From positions 114,112-178,111 of the forward strand of contig PEZQ01000003.1 in NCBI GenBank assembly GCA_002763265.1: a DNA stretch of 64,000 nucleotides, given 5' to 3'. Below the pieces are notes generated by a model. It ran no database searches, was not told the DNA's origin, and saw nothing but the letters and a program-made list of their open reading frames with translations. Positions 33,878 to 43,308 of the stretch are shown piece by piece. Position numbers and translations under genes: made by a program. Source of the DNA: an archaeon CG10_big_fil_rev_8_21_14_0_10_43_11. Its GTDB lineage: Archaea; Nanobdellota; Nanobdellia; PEZQ01. How positions within the stretch are numbered: position 1 is the first letter of the stretch; every line of letters starts with the position of its first letter.

Positions 33878-34396
33878 CTATCTTTCTATTGCCCCTCCTT
33901 CGGCACTTTCATGTATGTCTACTGCCTTTTTAATGATAGTTTCTCCTACAATACCCCATTTCGTATACTCAATAAACTCTTCAGGCTTCACAAACTTTCT
34001 TTCAAAGGTATACCCCGTTGCAGGGTCAGGTTTTATAGACAATAGTTTGCTTGCTTTTGCGTAGTATCTAAGTTGATAGTACGTTTCGCCGCCTTTCTCT
34101 TTTGGATTATTAGGATGAGTTACACGAATAGCGCCTAAAAGTTTGAATTCATCAATTCTAATACCTGCTTCTTCCATAATTTCTCGTTGCAGGGTTTGTG
34201 CGGGCGTTTCTTCATTTTCAGGATGCCCTCCCGGTAAACTCCACTTATCTTTTTTCTTAACTACTAAGATATCCCCATTCTCATTCAAACAAACCCCAGA
34301 GACCTGCATAATAGGTGCATCAAAAGGAGGAACGAGTGTTTCAATCCATTCCATTGTAATTGTAGTGCCTTTGTACATTATTTCTTCTTTTACCAT
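33878..34396 (-). CDS. Nudix hydrolase
   Basis: The Nudix box is GGHPENEETPAQTLQREIMEEAGI (Gx5Ex7REUxEExGU). Confidence 0.85.
   Translation of the reverse strand: MVKEEIMYKGTTITMEWIETLVPPFDAPIMQVSGVCLNENGDILVVKKKDKWSLPGGHPENEETPAQTLQREIMEEAGIRIDEFKLLGAIRVTHPNNPKEKGGETYYQLRYYAKASKLLSIKPDPATGYTFERKFVKPEEFIEYTKWGIVGETIIKKAVDIHESAEGGAIER
33893..33907 (+). repeat. 15-nt direct repeat copy 2 (CCCTCCTTCGGCACT), inside the 3' codons of the Nudix gene
   Basis: Exact match to 31857-31871. The flanking bases differ on both sides. Confidence 0.6.
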
Positions 34397-34520
34397 TATT
34401 GTTCATCCATCAATTCATCTATTTTTGTAGCTATATCTTCAAGAGTTACAGATAAAAATAAAAATGTTAATTATTTAAAAACTATACCAAGTTAAGAATA
34501 AATGACGTCAAACATAGGTC

Positions 34521-35330
34521 TTATTCGCAAACTTTTTCTCTTCGTATACTCAAATTAATTGGACTAAGTATCTTCGAATTAAACGAATCAATATCAAAAG
34601 AACCTCCACCCCCACTAGTAATATAGACTTTTTTAAATTCTAAAGGCAATAAAGCAATAGTTTCGTTAAATGGACGCGAATCTCCCGAATGAGTCCAACC
34701 TTGAGCAGATACAATAATAGAATAGTTCAGCGTATTCCTAATCCAAAAGAAGGGAGGATTAAGAGGGTCCATACCCGGACTATTCCAATTTCCCATAAAA
34801 TTCTCAAAAACCAAAGCTACACCGCTACCAAGATAATATTTTATCTTCTCTTCACAAATGTTATCTTTTGAATTAGTAACACCGGCACCTATTGGCACAT
34901 TTACTGTAACAATGTGACCTGTGAGCAAATCGAATAGCATATTAAAATCAAGTAAATTAAAAATAAACAGACCTATAAGAAAAACAGAAATAAACAAAAA
35001 TCGGTTACTAACCAAAACATTATTCTTAACCAATACCGGATCACCGAATGAATGACCACCATTACGGGCAATATTTAATGAAACCGCTCTGTCCGAATGA
35101 GAATCAAAGTTATGAATTTCAGAATGTTTCTTTTTAGTTATTATTTCTAAATTGTCTATGTTATTATTTTTTTTATCAGAATCTTTGTGATGAACAAAAT
35201 ATTTTTTAAAAGGTAGCGGATAATCCTTGTTATTATACAGATAACGATAGGCTAATTCTCTATGAACAAGTCTTTGAGTATCAACATAGCGATAATAACC
35301 ATTCTCATCCACAAAAACCTTACGTGTCAT
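34521..35330 (-). CDS. HNH endonuclease domain fused to a TM helix and an unknown ~130-aa C-terminal domain
   Basis: The HNH signature is VHHKDSDKKNNNIDNLEIITKKKHSEIH and the TM helix is FLFISVFLIGLFIFNLL. The start is placed at MTRKVFVDENGYY. Confidence 0.6.
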   Translation of the reverse strand: MTRKVFVDENGYYRYVDTQRLVHRELAYRYLYNNKDYPLPFKKYFVHHKDSDKKNNNIDNLEIITKKKHSEIHNFDSHSDRAVSLNIARNGGHSFGDPVLVKNNVLVSNRFLFISVFLIGLFIFNLLDFNMLFDLLTGHIVTVNVPIGAGVTNSKDNICEEKIKYYLGSGVALVFENFMGNWNSPGMDPLNPPFFWIRNTLNYSIIVSAQGWTHSGDSRPFNETIALLPLEFKKVYITSGGGGSFDIDSFNSKILSPINLSIRREKVCE

Positions 35331-35608
35331 TATTAAAAAAAAGCTATATCGATTTATGAATACATAATGTGTGTTTCTCAAAATAGGATCAAGACTATTC
35401 CTTTTTGTCTCGTACTGAACCACACTAATCTTTCTTATAGCCTGTCTTTTTTCAAGTAAGATTTCAACAAAATCTACAAAATTAGTTTGGTATCAATAAA
35501 AAATATGTCTTGTAACCACGCACAATGGCAAGAGCCGGAAAAACGCAAACAACACAATTTGGGAATTACTAAACGTTTAAATACTGTCTTTTGAGTTCAA
35601 AAAATGCG

Positions 35609-36142
35609 ATGACTAACGCATTCATTACTTACACAAAACACAACGGCAGCCAAAAAATCACGAGCCACCTTAACACAAACCAACCCCTCACAGACCTAGT
35701 CACACTTATAGAAACACACAACCCCTACGAAGCAACCCTGTACGCGCACGGCATCAAACTCGGCGAGTACGCGTCACAAGAAAAAAACACGACCCAACTC
35801 ATAGAAAACAACTTTGAAGAAACACAATACTACAACGGCCATCTTATCAGGTACAAACCAGGCACGCTCACACTTGACTTTCTCCACCGAAAACACTTAA
35901 CCAAACACAGTATGGTCTTGCCACACATTCGCAAACGACTCACGCAAAAAAACATCACCCTCCTCGAAGACCTTGCATGCACCACGCCCCGAACACCACA
36001 ACCCCGCAAACAAGACGACGATAAAGACGACACGCACCTCTACGCGTTTAGCGGGCACGAACGCGAAAAACCTGAACTCACGCCACAAACCATCGTCCTC
36101 ATAGCGGCTGCGCTCTACAAATATTTTACTCAAGAAGAATAA
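35609..36142 (+). CDS. hypothetical protein
   Basis: About 177-aa ORF with no motif recognised. Base composition returns to the bulk level here. Confidence 0.45.
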   Translation: MTNAFITYTKHNGSQKITSHLNTNQPLTDLVTLIETHNPYEATLYAHGIKLGEYASQEKNTTQLIENNFEETQYYNGHLIRYKPGTLTLDFLHRKHLTKHSMVLPHIRKRLTQKNITLLEDLACTTPRTPQPRKQDDDKDDTHLYAFSGHEREKPELTPQTIVLIAAALYKYFTQEE

Positions 36143-36192
36143 AGCAAGGCGTGCTCAATGATTTATATAGGTAAACATCCCTATCCTAACAT

Positions 36193-36342
36193 ATGTTTGA
36201 TTTTTTGAAAAAAAAACAAAAACGCATTGACCCAATATGCAAGATGGAAGAAGTCAAAGGAAGCGGTCTTGACTATGACGGAAAATGGTTTTGCAGCGAA
36301 CACTGCAAACAACGATACACTGACACGGAGGAAAACACATAA
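36193..36342 (+). CDS. 49-aa YHS/TRASH-type metal-binding domain protein (not in the ORF track)
   Basis: Translation: MFDFLKKKQKRIDPICKMEEVKGSGLDYDGKWFCSEHCKQRYTDTEENT. DP(V/I)C.M.V ... (Y/W)FCS..C is the YHS/TRASH pattern. Confidence 0.55.
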   Translation: MFDFLKKKQKRIDPICKMEEVKGSGLDYDGKWFCSEHCKQRYTDTEENT

Positions 36343-36344
36343 GT

Positions 36345-36494
36345 ATGGCATTCATGTGGGATTACATGATGCTTGGCGGAGGATGGGGCTGGATTGCAAT
36401 GAGCCTGCTTGGGCTTGTATACGTGGGCGTCGTGTCGCTCATATTCAGCTACACCTTCTGGTGGGCATACATGAAAATTGTTAAGAAAAAATAA
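36345..36494 (+). CDS. 49-aa hydrophobic micro-protein (1-2 TM)
   Basis: Translation: MAFMWDYMMLGGGWGWIAMSLLGLVYVGVVSLIFSYTFWWAYMKIVKKK. It starts 2 nt after the YHS gene stop. Confidence 0.35.
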   Translation: MAFMWDYMMLGGGWGWIAMSLLGLVYVGVVSLIFSYTFWWAYMKIVKKK

Positions 36495-36501
36495 GGCGCG
36501 T

Positions 36502-36783
36502 TTACTCAACTAACCCTTCTAACTCGCTCTTTTTAGCAGTGCTTAACAAATTTGAAATCACATAACCCATAGCAAAAGAAAACACACCCGCATACAATGA
36601 AAACAAAAATCTGCTATACAACATAGTAACAACATTTGACGCCACCGTGACTGCAAGAGGCAAGTACTGATACACACGCGCCCGCTCATACCCGCACGCA
36701 ACCCCGCCCATTCCTGAAAGTAACGCGTTTGACGCTACCGCGCGCGAACCTGCAAACAAAAGAGTATCTAACATGAACATCAC
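36502..36783 (-). CDS. small membrane protein
   Basis: 93-aa ORF with 3 hydrophobic segments. Confidence 0.45.
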   Translation of the reverse strand: MMFMLDTLLFAGSRAVASNALLSGMGGVACGYERARVYQYLPLAVTVASNVVTMLYSRFLFSLYAGVFSFAMGYVISNLLSTAKKSELEGLVE

Positions 36784-36894
36784 GCAAAAATATGAGACTA
36801 TATTAATGTTTCTCCCGCGCTCAAAAGCGGTTAAGCGGTCAGAACTTCACAACTGTTAAAAAGGCTTCTTTCATCTTGTTGCACGTATCAGCCT

Positions 36895-39699
36895 ATGCAT
36901 GACAACATCATTGTAAAAGGAGCACGAGAGCACAACCTCAAAGACCTAGACGTGACTATCCCAAAAAATAACCTTACTGTAGTTACCGGGCTTTCTGGAA
37001 GCGGAAAAAGCACGCTCGCATTTGACACACTCTACGCAGAAGGACAGCGGCGCTACGTTGAGTCACTTTCAGCTTACGCACGCCAGTTTCTAGGACTCAT
37101 GAACAAGCCCGATGTTGACAGTATTGAAGGATTATCCCCTGCTATTGCTATTGAACAAAAAACAACCAGCAAAAACCCGCGAAGCACAGTAGGCACAGTC
37201 ACTGAGATTTATGATTACTTACGCCTCTTATTTGCACGCATCGGCACGCCGTACTGCCCTGACCACGCCATCCCCATTGTGCGAAAATCAGCGCAAAACA
37301 TTGCAAAAGACGTGCTCAACGATTTTAGAGAAAAAAACATCACCCTACTTGCACCACTGGTACGGCAAAAGAAAGGAACCTACGAAAAACTTGTTGAAAC
37401 ACTCAGAAAAGAAGGATACGCGCACATGCGCGTGAACGGCGACATCAAAAGCACACAAGAAGCCCTTGAACTTGAACGCTACAAAAAACATGATATTGAA
37501 GTTGTCATTGACAAAACCAGTACTAAAGACGCTCAACGCGTGACCGAAGGGGTTGAAAACGCACTCAAAAAAGCAGAAGGACTGGTTGTTATTGTAAACG
37601 GTGAAACAGAACGACTCTACTCACAAAGCATGTCATGTCCTGAATGTGGTCTTGCTGTTGAAGAACTCCAACCACGCATGTTCTCATTTAACGCACCCTT
37701 TGGCGCGTGCAAAGAATGCCACGGGCTTGGCTTCAAACAAAAAATCAACCCCGAACTTATCATACCAAACAAGAGCCTGAGTATTATTGACGGCGCGCTC
37801 GCACCATACCGCAACGTGTCAACCAGCTGGACAGGCCAGCAACTCAGCGCTGTTGCAAAACACTACAAGTTCAACTTGTTTACACCAATTGAAAAACTTA
37901 CCAAAAAACAACGCGAAGCACTCCTGTTTGGCAGTGACAACAAAATCAAGTTCAAATACGCCTCAGAAGAACGCGACTCCTCATTCACCTTTCAAAAAGA
38001 ATGGGAAGGCGTAGTAAACCAGCTTGAACGATTATACAAAGAAACCAAATCAGACTATCGAAGACGCGAGATTGAAAAATTCATGAGCATACTTGACTGC
38101 AAAGCATGCCATGGAAAACGCCTCAACCCAACCAGTCTTGCAGTAAAAATCGCTGACAAAAACATTATTGACCTAACCGACATGAGCGTTAAAGACTCGC
38201 TTACCTTCTTCAAGCGTCTTGAACTCAGTGAAAAAGAAAAAGAAATTGCAAAACAAATCTTAAAAGAACTCAACTCAAGACTCTCATTTTTGAATAATGT
38301 TGGACTTGATTACCTTACCCTATCACGCTCAGCGCGAACCCTCTCAGGCGGGGAAGCACAACGCATACGCCTTGCAACCCAAATTGGTGCAAACCTCACC
38401 GGAGTCATGTACGTGCTTGACGAGCCAAGCATTGGACTCCACCAGCGCGACAACAACAAGCTCATTGAAACCCTCAAAAAACTGCGCGATATTGGAAACA
38501 CCCTTATTGTTGTAGAACACGATGAAGACACGATTCGCGAAGCAGACCACGTAATTGACCTTGGACCCGGCGCAGGATTTAATGGTGGCTACATCGTTGC
38601 TAAAGGCACACCAAAACAAATTGAGCAAAACAAAAAATCCCTTACCGGACAATACCTAAGTGGAGAAAAAACAATTCCCGTGCCAAGCGAGAGAAGAAAG
38701 AGCACAGAATACCTTTCACTTACCGGCGTTACAAAACACAATCTCAAAAACATTACCACACACTTCCCAACACGGGTACTCACTGTTGTAAGTGGAGTAA
38801 GCGGCAGCGGGAAATCAACCCTTATTTACGAAGTGCTCTACAAAGCACTCAAAAAAGAACTGTCAAAAGAAAACGTGATTGTTGATGGATACAAAAACGT
38901 ACAAATCCCAAAAAGCATTGACAAACTCGTCATGATAGACCAGTCACCTATTGGCAGAACCCCGCGAAGCAACCCCGCAACCTACACCAAAGTATTTGAT
39001 GACGTGCGAAACTTGTTTTCACAAACAAAAGAAAGCAAACTGCGCGGCTACCAACCCGGCAGGTTCTCATTTAACGTGAGCGGGGGCAGGTGCGAAACGT
39101 GCCAAGGCGACGGTCTTATTAAAATTGAAATGCACTTCCTGCCTGACGTGTATGTCACGTGCGAAGAGTGCAAAGGTGCACGCTACAACGATGAAACACT
39201 TGAAGTTTATTACAAAGGAAAAAACATCAGCGAAGTACTGGACATGAGCGTGGAAGAAGCCCTTGACTTTTTTTACCACATCCCAAAAATTTATCGCAAG
39301 CTAAAAACACTCCAGGATGTCGGACTCACGTACGTCAAGCTTGGACAATCATCTACCACGCTCTCAGGAGGCGAAGCACAACGCATCAAGCTCACACGCG
39401 AACTTGCAAAACGAGACAATGGAAATAACCTCTACCTACTTGACGAACCAACAACCGGTCTGCACTTTGATGATGTAAAAAAACTTATTCTCGTATTACA
39501 ACACCTCGTAAACAAAGGAAACACCATCATCGTTATTGAACACAATCTTGACATCATAAAAAACGCTGACCACATTCTTGACCTTGGACCTGAAGGAGGC
39601 AACGGCGGCGGACGCATTATTGCACAAGGAACCCCCGAACACGTAGCAAAAAACACGCAAAGCCATACTGGCGCGTTTTTAAAACGACTCTTACCATGA
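36895..39699 (+). CDS. uvrA: excinuclease ABC subunit A
   Basis: It has two ABC modules (GLSGSGKSTLAFDT, GVSGSGKSTLIYEV), two LSGGE signatures and zinc modules (CPECG, CKACHG, CETCQGDG..CEECKG). The protein is 934 aa. Confidence 0.97.
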   Translation: MHDNIIVKGAREHNLKDLDVTIPKNNLTVVTGLSGSGKSTLAFDTLYAEGQRRYVESLSAYARQFLGLMNKPDVDSIEGLSPAIAIEQKTTSKNPRSTVGTVTEIYDYLRLLFARIGTPYCPDHAIPIVRKSAQNIAKDVLNDFREKNITLLAPLVRQKKGTYEKLVETLRKEGYAHMRVNGDIKSTQEALELERYKKHDIEVVIDKTSTKDAQRVTEGVENALKKAEGLVVIVNGETERLYSQSMSCPECGLAVEELQPRMFSFNAPFGACKECHGLGFKQKINPELIIPNKSLSIIDGALAPYRNVSTSWTGQQLSAVAKHYKFNLFTPIEKLTKKQREALLFGSDNKIKFKYASEERDSSFTFQKEWEGVVNQLERLYKETKSDYRRREIEKFMSILDCKACHGKRLNPTSLAVKIADKNIIDLTDMSVKDSLTFFKRLELSEKEKEIAKQILKELNSRLSFLNNVGLDYLTLSRSARTLSGGEAQRIRLATQIGANLTGVMYVLDEPSIGLHQRDNNKLIETLKKLRDIGNTLIVVEHDEDTIREADHVIDLGPGAGFNGGYIVAKGTPKQIEQNKKSLTGQYLSGEKTIPVPSERRKSTEYLSLTGVTKHNLKNITTHFPTRVLTVVSGVSGSGKSTLIYEVLYKALKKELSKENVIVDGYKNVQIPKSIDKLVMIDQSPIGRTPRSNPATYTKVFDDVRNLFSQTKESKLRGYQPGRFSFNVSGGRCETCQGDGLIKIEMHFLPDVYVTCEECKGARYNDETLEVYYKGKNISEVLDMSVEEALDFFYHIPKIYRKLKTLQDVGLTYVKLGQSSTTLSGGEAQRIKLTRELAKRDNGNNLYLLDEPTTGLHFDDVKKLILVLQHLVNKGNTIIVIEHNLDIIKNADHILDLGPEGGNGGGRIIAQGTPEHVAKNTQSHTGAFLKRLLP

Positions 39700-41249
39700 T
39701 TGACCTAAAACTACTGCCAACTGACCCTGGATGTTACGCGTACAAAAACACAGACGCAGCTATTATCTACATTGGCAAAGCAAAAAACCTCAAAAAACGC
39801 GTGTCAAGTTATTTTACAAAAACGCATGAAGACCCCAAAACTAAAGCACTCGTAAATGAGACTGCAGACATTGAACTGTTTGTCACCTCAAACGAAGTTG
39901 AAGCCCTTATTTTAGAAAATAATCTTGTCAAACAACACCAGCCAAAATACAACATCCTCCTCAAAGACGCACGCAGTTATGCATACTTACTTGTTACTGA
40001 CGAAACATATCCAAGACTCTTAACAAGCAGAAAAAAAGACGCACGCGGAAGTCTCTACGGTCCGTTTGTGAGTGGAGAATACCGCGAACTCGTGCGAAAA
40101 TTGCTTGTTAACAGCTTCAAACTCAGAACGTGCAAGCGACTCCCAAAACGGGCGTGCCTGCGCTACCACATCGGACTGTGTAACGCACCTTGTGAAGCAA
40201 AAGAAACACGCCACGAATATGACTCGCGCGTTGAAACAGTTAAACACTTTCTTAAAGGAAATGTTAATGCACTCAAAAAAGAACTGAAAAATGAAATGCA
40301 CGAACAATCACACACACAGCACTACGAACAAGCAAAAACAATCCGCGACCAGCTCCACGCACTTGAATATTTGGAAGTGCGCCAAAACGTTGAACAAAAA
40401 CGAAACTATGACGAAAACGTGATGAACTTTGTGCGCGAAGACAACACAGTCCACATGATTGTTTTTACCCTTAACAAAGGCGTGCTCGCAACAAAACAGG
40501 AATTCAGTTTCCCCCACTCTGAGGATTTTCTCGACGAGTTTATCAAACAATACTACGCAGAAAACCCCATTCCCTCCCGCATCCTTATTCCCCACCCCCT
40601 TGCTGACAAGACTATTCAAATCTACTTAACGCACGTGCGCGGCGCAAACGTGCGAATACACATTCCACAGCGAGGCAGCAGAAAAGAACTGCTCGACCTT
40701 GTCAAACGCAATGTAGAAGTCAGTCTTGTTAAAGAAAACTATCGCGTTACTGACTTAAAAGAAAAACTTGAACTCAACTTTAACCCGGTCGTGATTGAAG
40801 GATTTGACGTCTCACACACGCAAGGAACATACGTTGTAGGCTCAATGGTGCGATTTGTAAATGGCACAGCAGACAAAACAGGCTACCGCCGCTTTAAGAT
40901 GCGCTCGTACCAAAGCAATGACGACTTTCAAGGCATCTATGAAATTGTAAAACGAAGATACACCCGGCTCAAAGCCGAATCAAAACAGTATCCTGACCTC
41001 ATCCTTATTGACGGGGGACGCGGACAATTAAACGCAGCAATAAAAGCACTTCGTGAAATTAACGCACACATCCCTCTTGTGTCCCTTGCAAAACAAGAGG
41101 AAGAATTATATATGCCCGGAAAACCAGAACCCCTGCGCCTTGACAAGAAATCAGACGGGCTGCGACTACTTATGAACGTGCGCGACGAATCACACCGGTT
41201 TGCAATCACCTACCACCAATTATTGCGCAAAAAAGGATTCATACCATGA
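39696..41249 (+). CDS. uvrC: excinuclease ABC subunit C, lacking the C-terminal (HhH)2 domain
   Basis: The GIY-YIG domain (GCYAYKN..IIYIGKAKNL..EALILENNLVKQHQPKYN), UVR domain (YEQAKTIRDQLHAL) and endonuclease domain (IEGFDVSH, DGGRGQLN, DESHRFAITYH) are present. The ORF ends 12 aa later, overlapping the uvrB start. Confidence 0.93.
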   Translation: MIDLKLLPTDPGCYAYKNTDAAIIYIGKAKNLKKRVSSYFTKTHEDPKTKALVNETADIELFVTSNEVEALILENNLVKQHQPKYNILLKDARSYAYLLVTDETYPRLLTSRKKDARGSLYGPFVSGEYRELVRKLLVNSFKLRTCKRLPKRACLRYHIGLCNAPCEAKETRHEYDSRVETVKHFLKGNVNALKKELKNEMHEQSHTQHYEQAKTIRDQLHALEYLEVRQNVEQKRNYDENVMNFVREDNTVHMIVFTLNKGVLATKQEFSFPHSEDFLDEFIKQYYAENPIPSRILIPHPLADKTIQIYLTHVRGANVRIHIPQRGSRKELLDLVKRNVEVSLVKENYRVTDLKEKLELNFNPVVIEGFDVSHTQGTYVVGSMVRFVNGTADKTGYRRFKMRSYQSNDDFQGIYEIVKRRYTRLKAESKQYPDLILIDGGRGQLNAAIKALREINAHIPLVSLAKQEEELYMPGKPEPLRLDKKSDGLRLLMNVRDESHRFAITYHQLLRKKGFIP

Positions 41250-43180
41250 CTGAAACATTTACTCTCAAAGCCGGATTCAAACCAGAAGGAGACCAGCCTA
41301 AAGCGATTAAACAACTCATAGACGGCTTTAAGTCAGGCAAAACCAAACAAACCCTGCTTGGCGTGACTGGAAGCGGCAAAACATTTACCATAAGCAATGC
41401 CATTCAAAAACTTAACAAGCCAACGCTTGTTATTGCACACAACAAAACACTTGCAGCCCAACTCTACCAGGAATTCAAAGAATTCTTTCCTGAAAATAAA
41501 GTAGAATACTTTGTGAGTTACTACGACTACTACCAGCCAGAATCATACCTGCCTGCAAGCGACACGTACATTGAAAAAGAATTGAGCATTAACCCAAAAA
41601 TAGAGCAGATGCGGCTCTCAGCAACGCACTCGCTTATGACACGAAAAGACGTTATCATTGTTGCAAGTGTGAGCTGCATTTATGGTCTTGGAAACCCAAA
41701 AAATTACTACAAACTCTCATTTAATCTCAAAACAGGCATGAAACTTTCACGACGAGACTTCTTAGGAAAGCTGCTTGACATGCAATATGAACGAAACGAT
41801 ATGGAATTCACGTGGGGCACGTTTCGCGTACGTGGAAACAGTGTAGACGTGCACTTAGGGCATGTGCTGCGCGTAGAATTCGATGGAGATACAGTAAAAA
41901 AGCTCAGTCTTGTAGACCCCTTCAATTTTTTTGAAAAAACCGTGCTCAATGATTTCTTTTTATTTCCTGCAAAACATTTTGTCGTTGACAAACAAGACAA
42001 AGAAGATGCAATAAAGACTATTCGAAAAGAACTTGAGCGTGAACTTCCAAAAATTGATGACCTCCTTATCAAACACCGGCTCAAAAAAAGAGTTGAATAC
42101 GATTTAGAGATGATAAAAGAGCTGGGCTACTGCAACGGCATTGAAAACTACTCGCGCCATTTTGACAAACGAAAACCCGGCAAAGCACCCTACTGCTTGC
42201 TTGATTACTTTCCAAAAGACTTTCTTGTTGTTATTGATGAAAGCCACCAAACCATTCCGCAAGTGCGGGGCATGTTTAATGGGGATGTTGCGCGAAAAGA
42301 ATCACTTGTCAGATATGGGTTTCGCCTTCCTTCCGCATTTGACAACCGCCCGCTCAAGTTTAATGAATTTGAAACCTATCTTAAAAACGCCATCTTTGTT
42401 TCAGCAACACCCGCAGACTATGAAAAAAAACATAGCAGCAACATTGTTGAACAAATCATCCGCCCAACTGGACTTGTAGACCCCCGTATTGAAACACAAC
42501 CAATCACCGGACAAATGAACACGCTTCTTTCTGAAATTACTGCTACAACAAAGAAAGGAAACCGCACACTGGTTACCACACTCACCAAGCACTTGGCAGA
42601 AGAACTCACCGAATTTTTAAGCACAAAAGGTGTGCGCGTTCGCTACCTGCACTCCGAGATTGACACGCTAGAGCGAAGTGAAATAATCAGACAACTGCGC
42701 GCAGGCGACTTTGACGTGCTTGTTGGCATCAACCTGCTTCGAGAAGGCCTTGACATTCCTGAAGTCGCACTTGTTGCCATTCTTGACGCAGACAAACAAG
42801 GATTCTTGCGAAACGACACCTCACTTATTCAAACCATTGGCAGAGCTGCACGAAATGCTGAATCAAAAGTCATACTCTTTTGCGACAAGATAACCGACTC
42901 GATTAGGTTTGCTATTGCTGAAACAGAACGCAGACGAAACATTCAAACCGCGTACAACAAAAAACACGGCATCACACCAAAAACCATCAAAAAAGAAGTG
43001 GGAAAAGAAATTACCACGGTTAAAGACACAAAACACGTGCCAAAAAAAGAAATACCTGCCATTATCTCCCAGCTTGAAATCGACATGCAAGAAGCAGCAG
43101 ACCAGCTCAATTTCGAGCTTGCCATACAACTGCGCAACCAGATAACACGACTCAAACAACGACTCTCAACAGAGGAGTAA
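41246..43180 (+). CDS. uvrB: excinuclease ABC subunit B
   Basis: Contains GVTGSGKTF, the beta-hairpin region YYDYYQPESY, DESH and a C-terminal UVR domain (FELAIQLRNQITRLK). Confidence 0.97.
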   Translation: MTETFTLKAGFKPEGDQPKAIKQLIDGFKSGKTKQTLLGVTGSGKTFTISNAIQKLNKPTLVIAHNKTLAAQLYQEFKEFFPENKVEYFVSYYDYYQPESYLPASDTYIEKELSINPKIEQMRLSATHSLMTRKDVIIVASVSCIYGLGNPKNYYKLSFNLKTGMKLSRRDFLGKLLDMQYERNDMEFTWGTFRVRGNSVDVHLGHVLRVEFDGDTVKKLSLVDPFNFFEKTVLNDFFLFPAKHFVVDKQDKEDAIKTIRKELERELPKIDDLLIKHRLKKRVEYDLEMIKELGYCNGIENYSRHFDKRKPGKAPYCLLDYFPKDFLVVIDESHQTIPQVRGMFNGDVARKESLVRYGFRLPSAFDNRPLKFNEFETYLKNAIFVSATPADYEKKHSSNIVEQIIRPTGLVDPRIETQPITGQMNTLLSEITATTKKGNRTLVTTLTKHLAEELTEFLSTKGVRVRYLHSEIDTLERSEIIRQLRAGDFDVLVGINLLREGLDIPEVALVAILDADKQGFLRNDTSLIQTIGRAARNAESKVILFCDKITDSIRFAIAETERRRNIQTAYNKKHGITPKTIKKEVGKEITTVKDTKHVPKKEIPAIISQLEIDMQEAADQLNFELAIQLRNQITRLKQRLSTEE

Positions 43181-43308
43181 CTACAAAACAGCATTATGCA
43201 AAGCGTATAATTCAATTACCTATAAGTTTATTAAACATTTTTCTAGAAAGTAGAGAATTGTGCCCACAAAAACAGCTATAGAAGCAAAAAAACGCATACA
43301 TTTAGTTA

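Noticed and set aside
36227-36484. 85-aa plus-strand ORF in the track
   Set aside because: A different frame yields a recognisable YHS/TRASH domain, followed by a hydrophobic micro-protein. The 85-aa translation has no motif and spans both.
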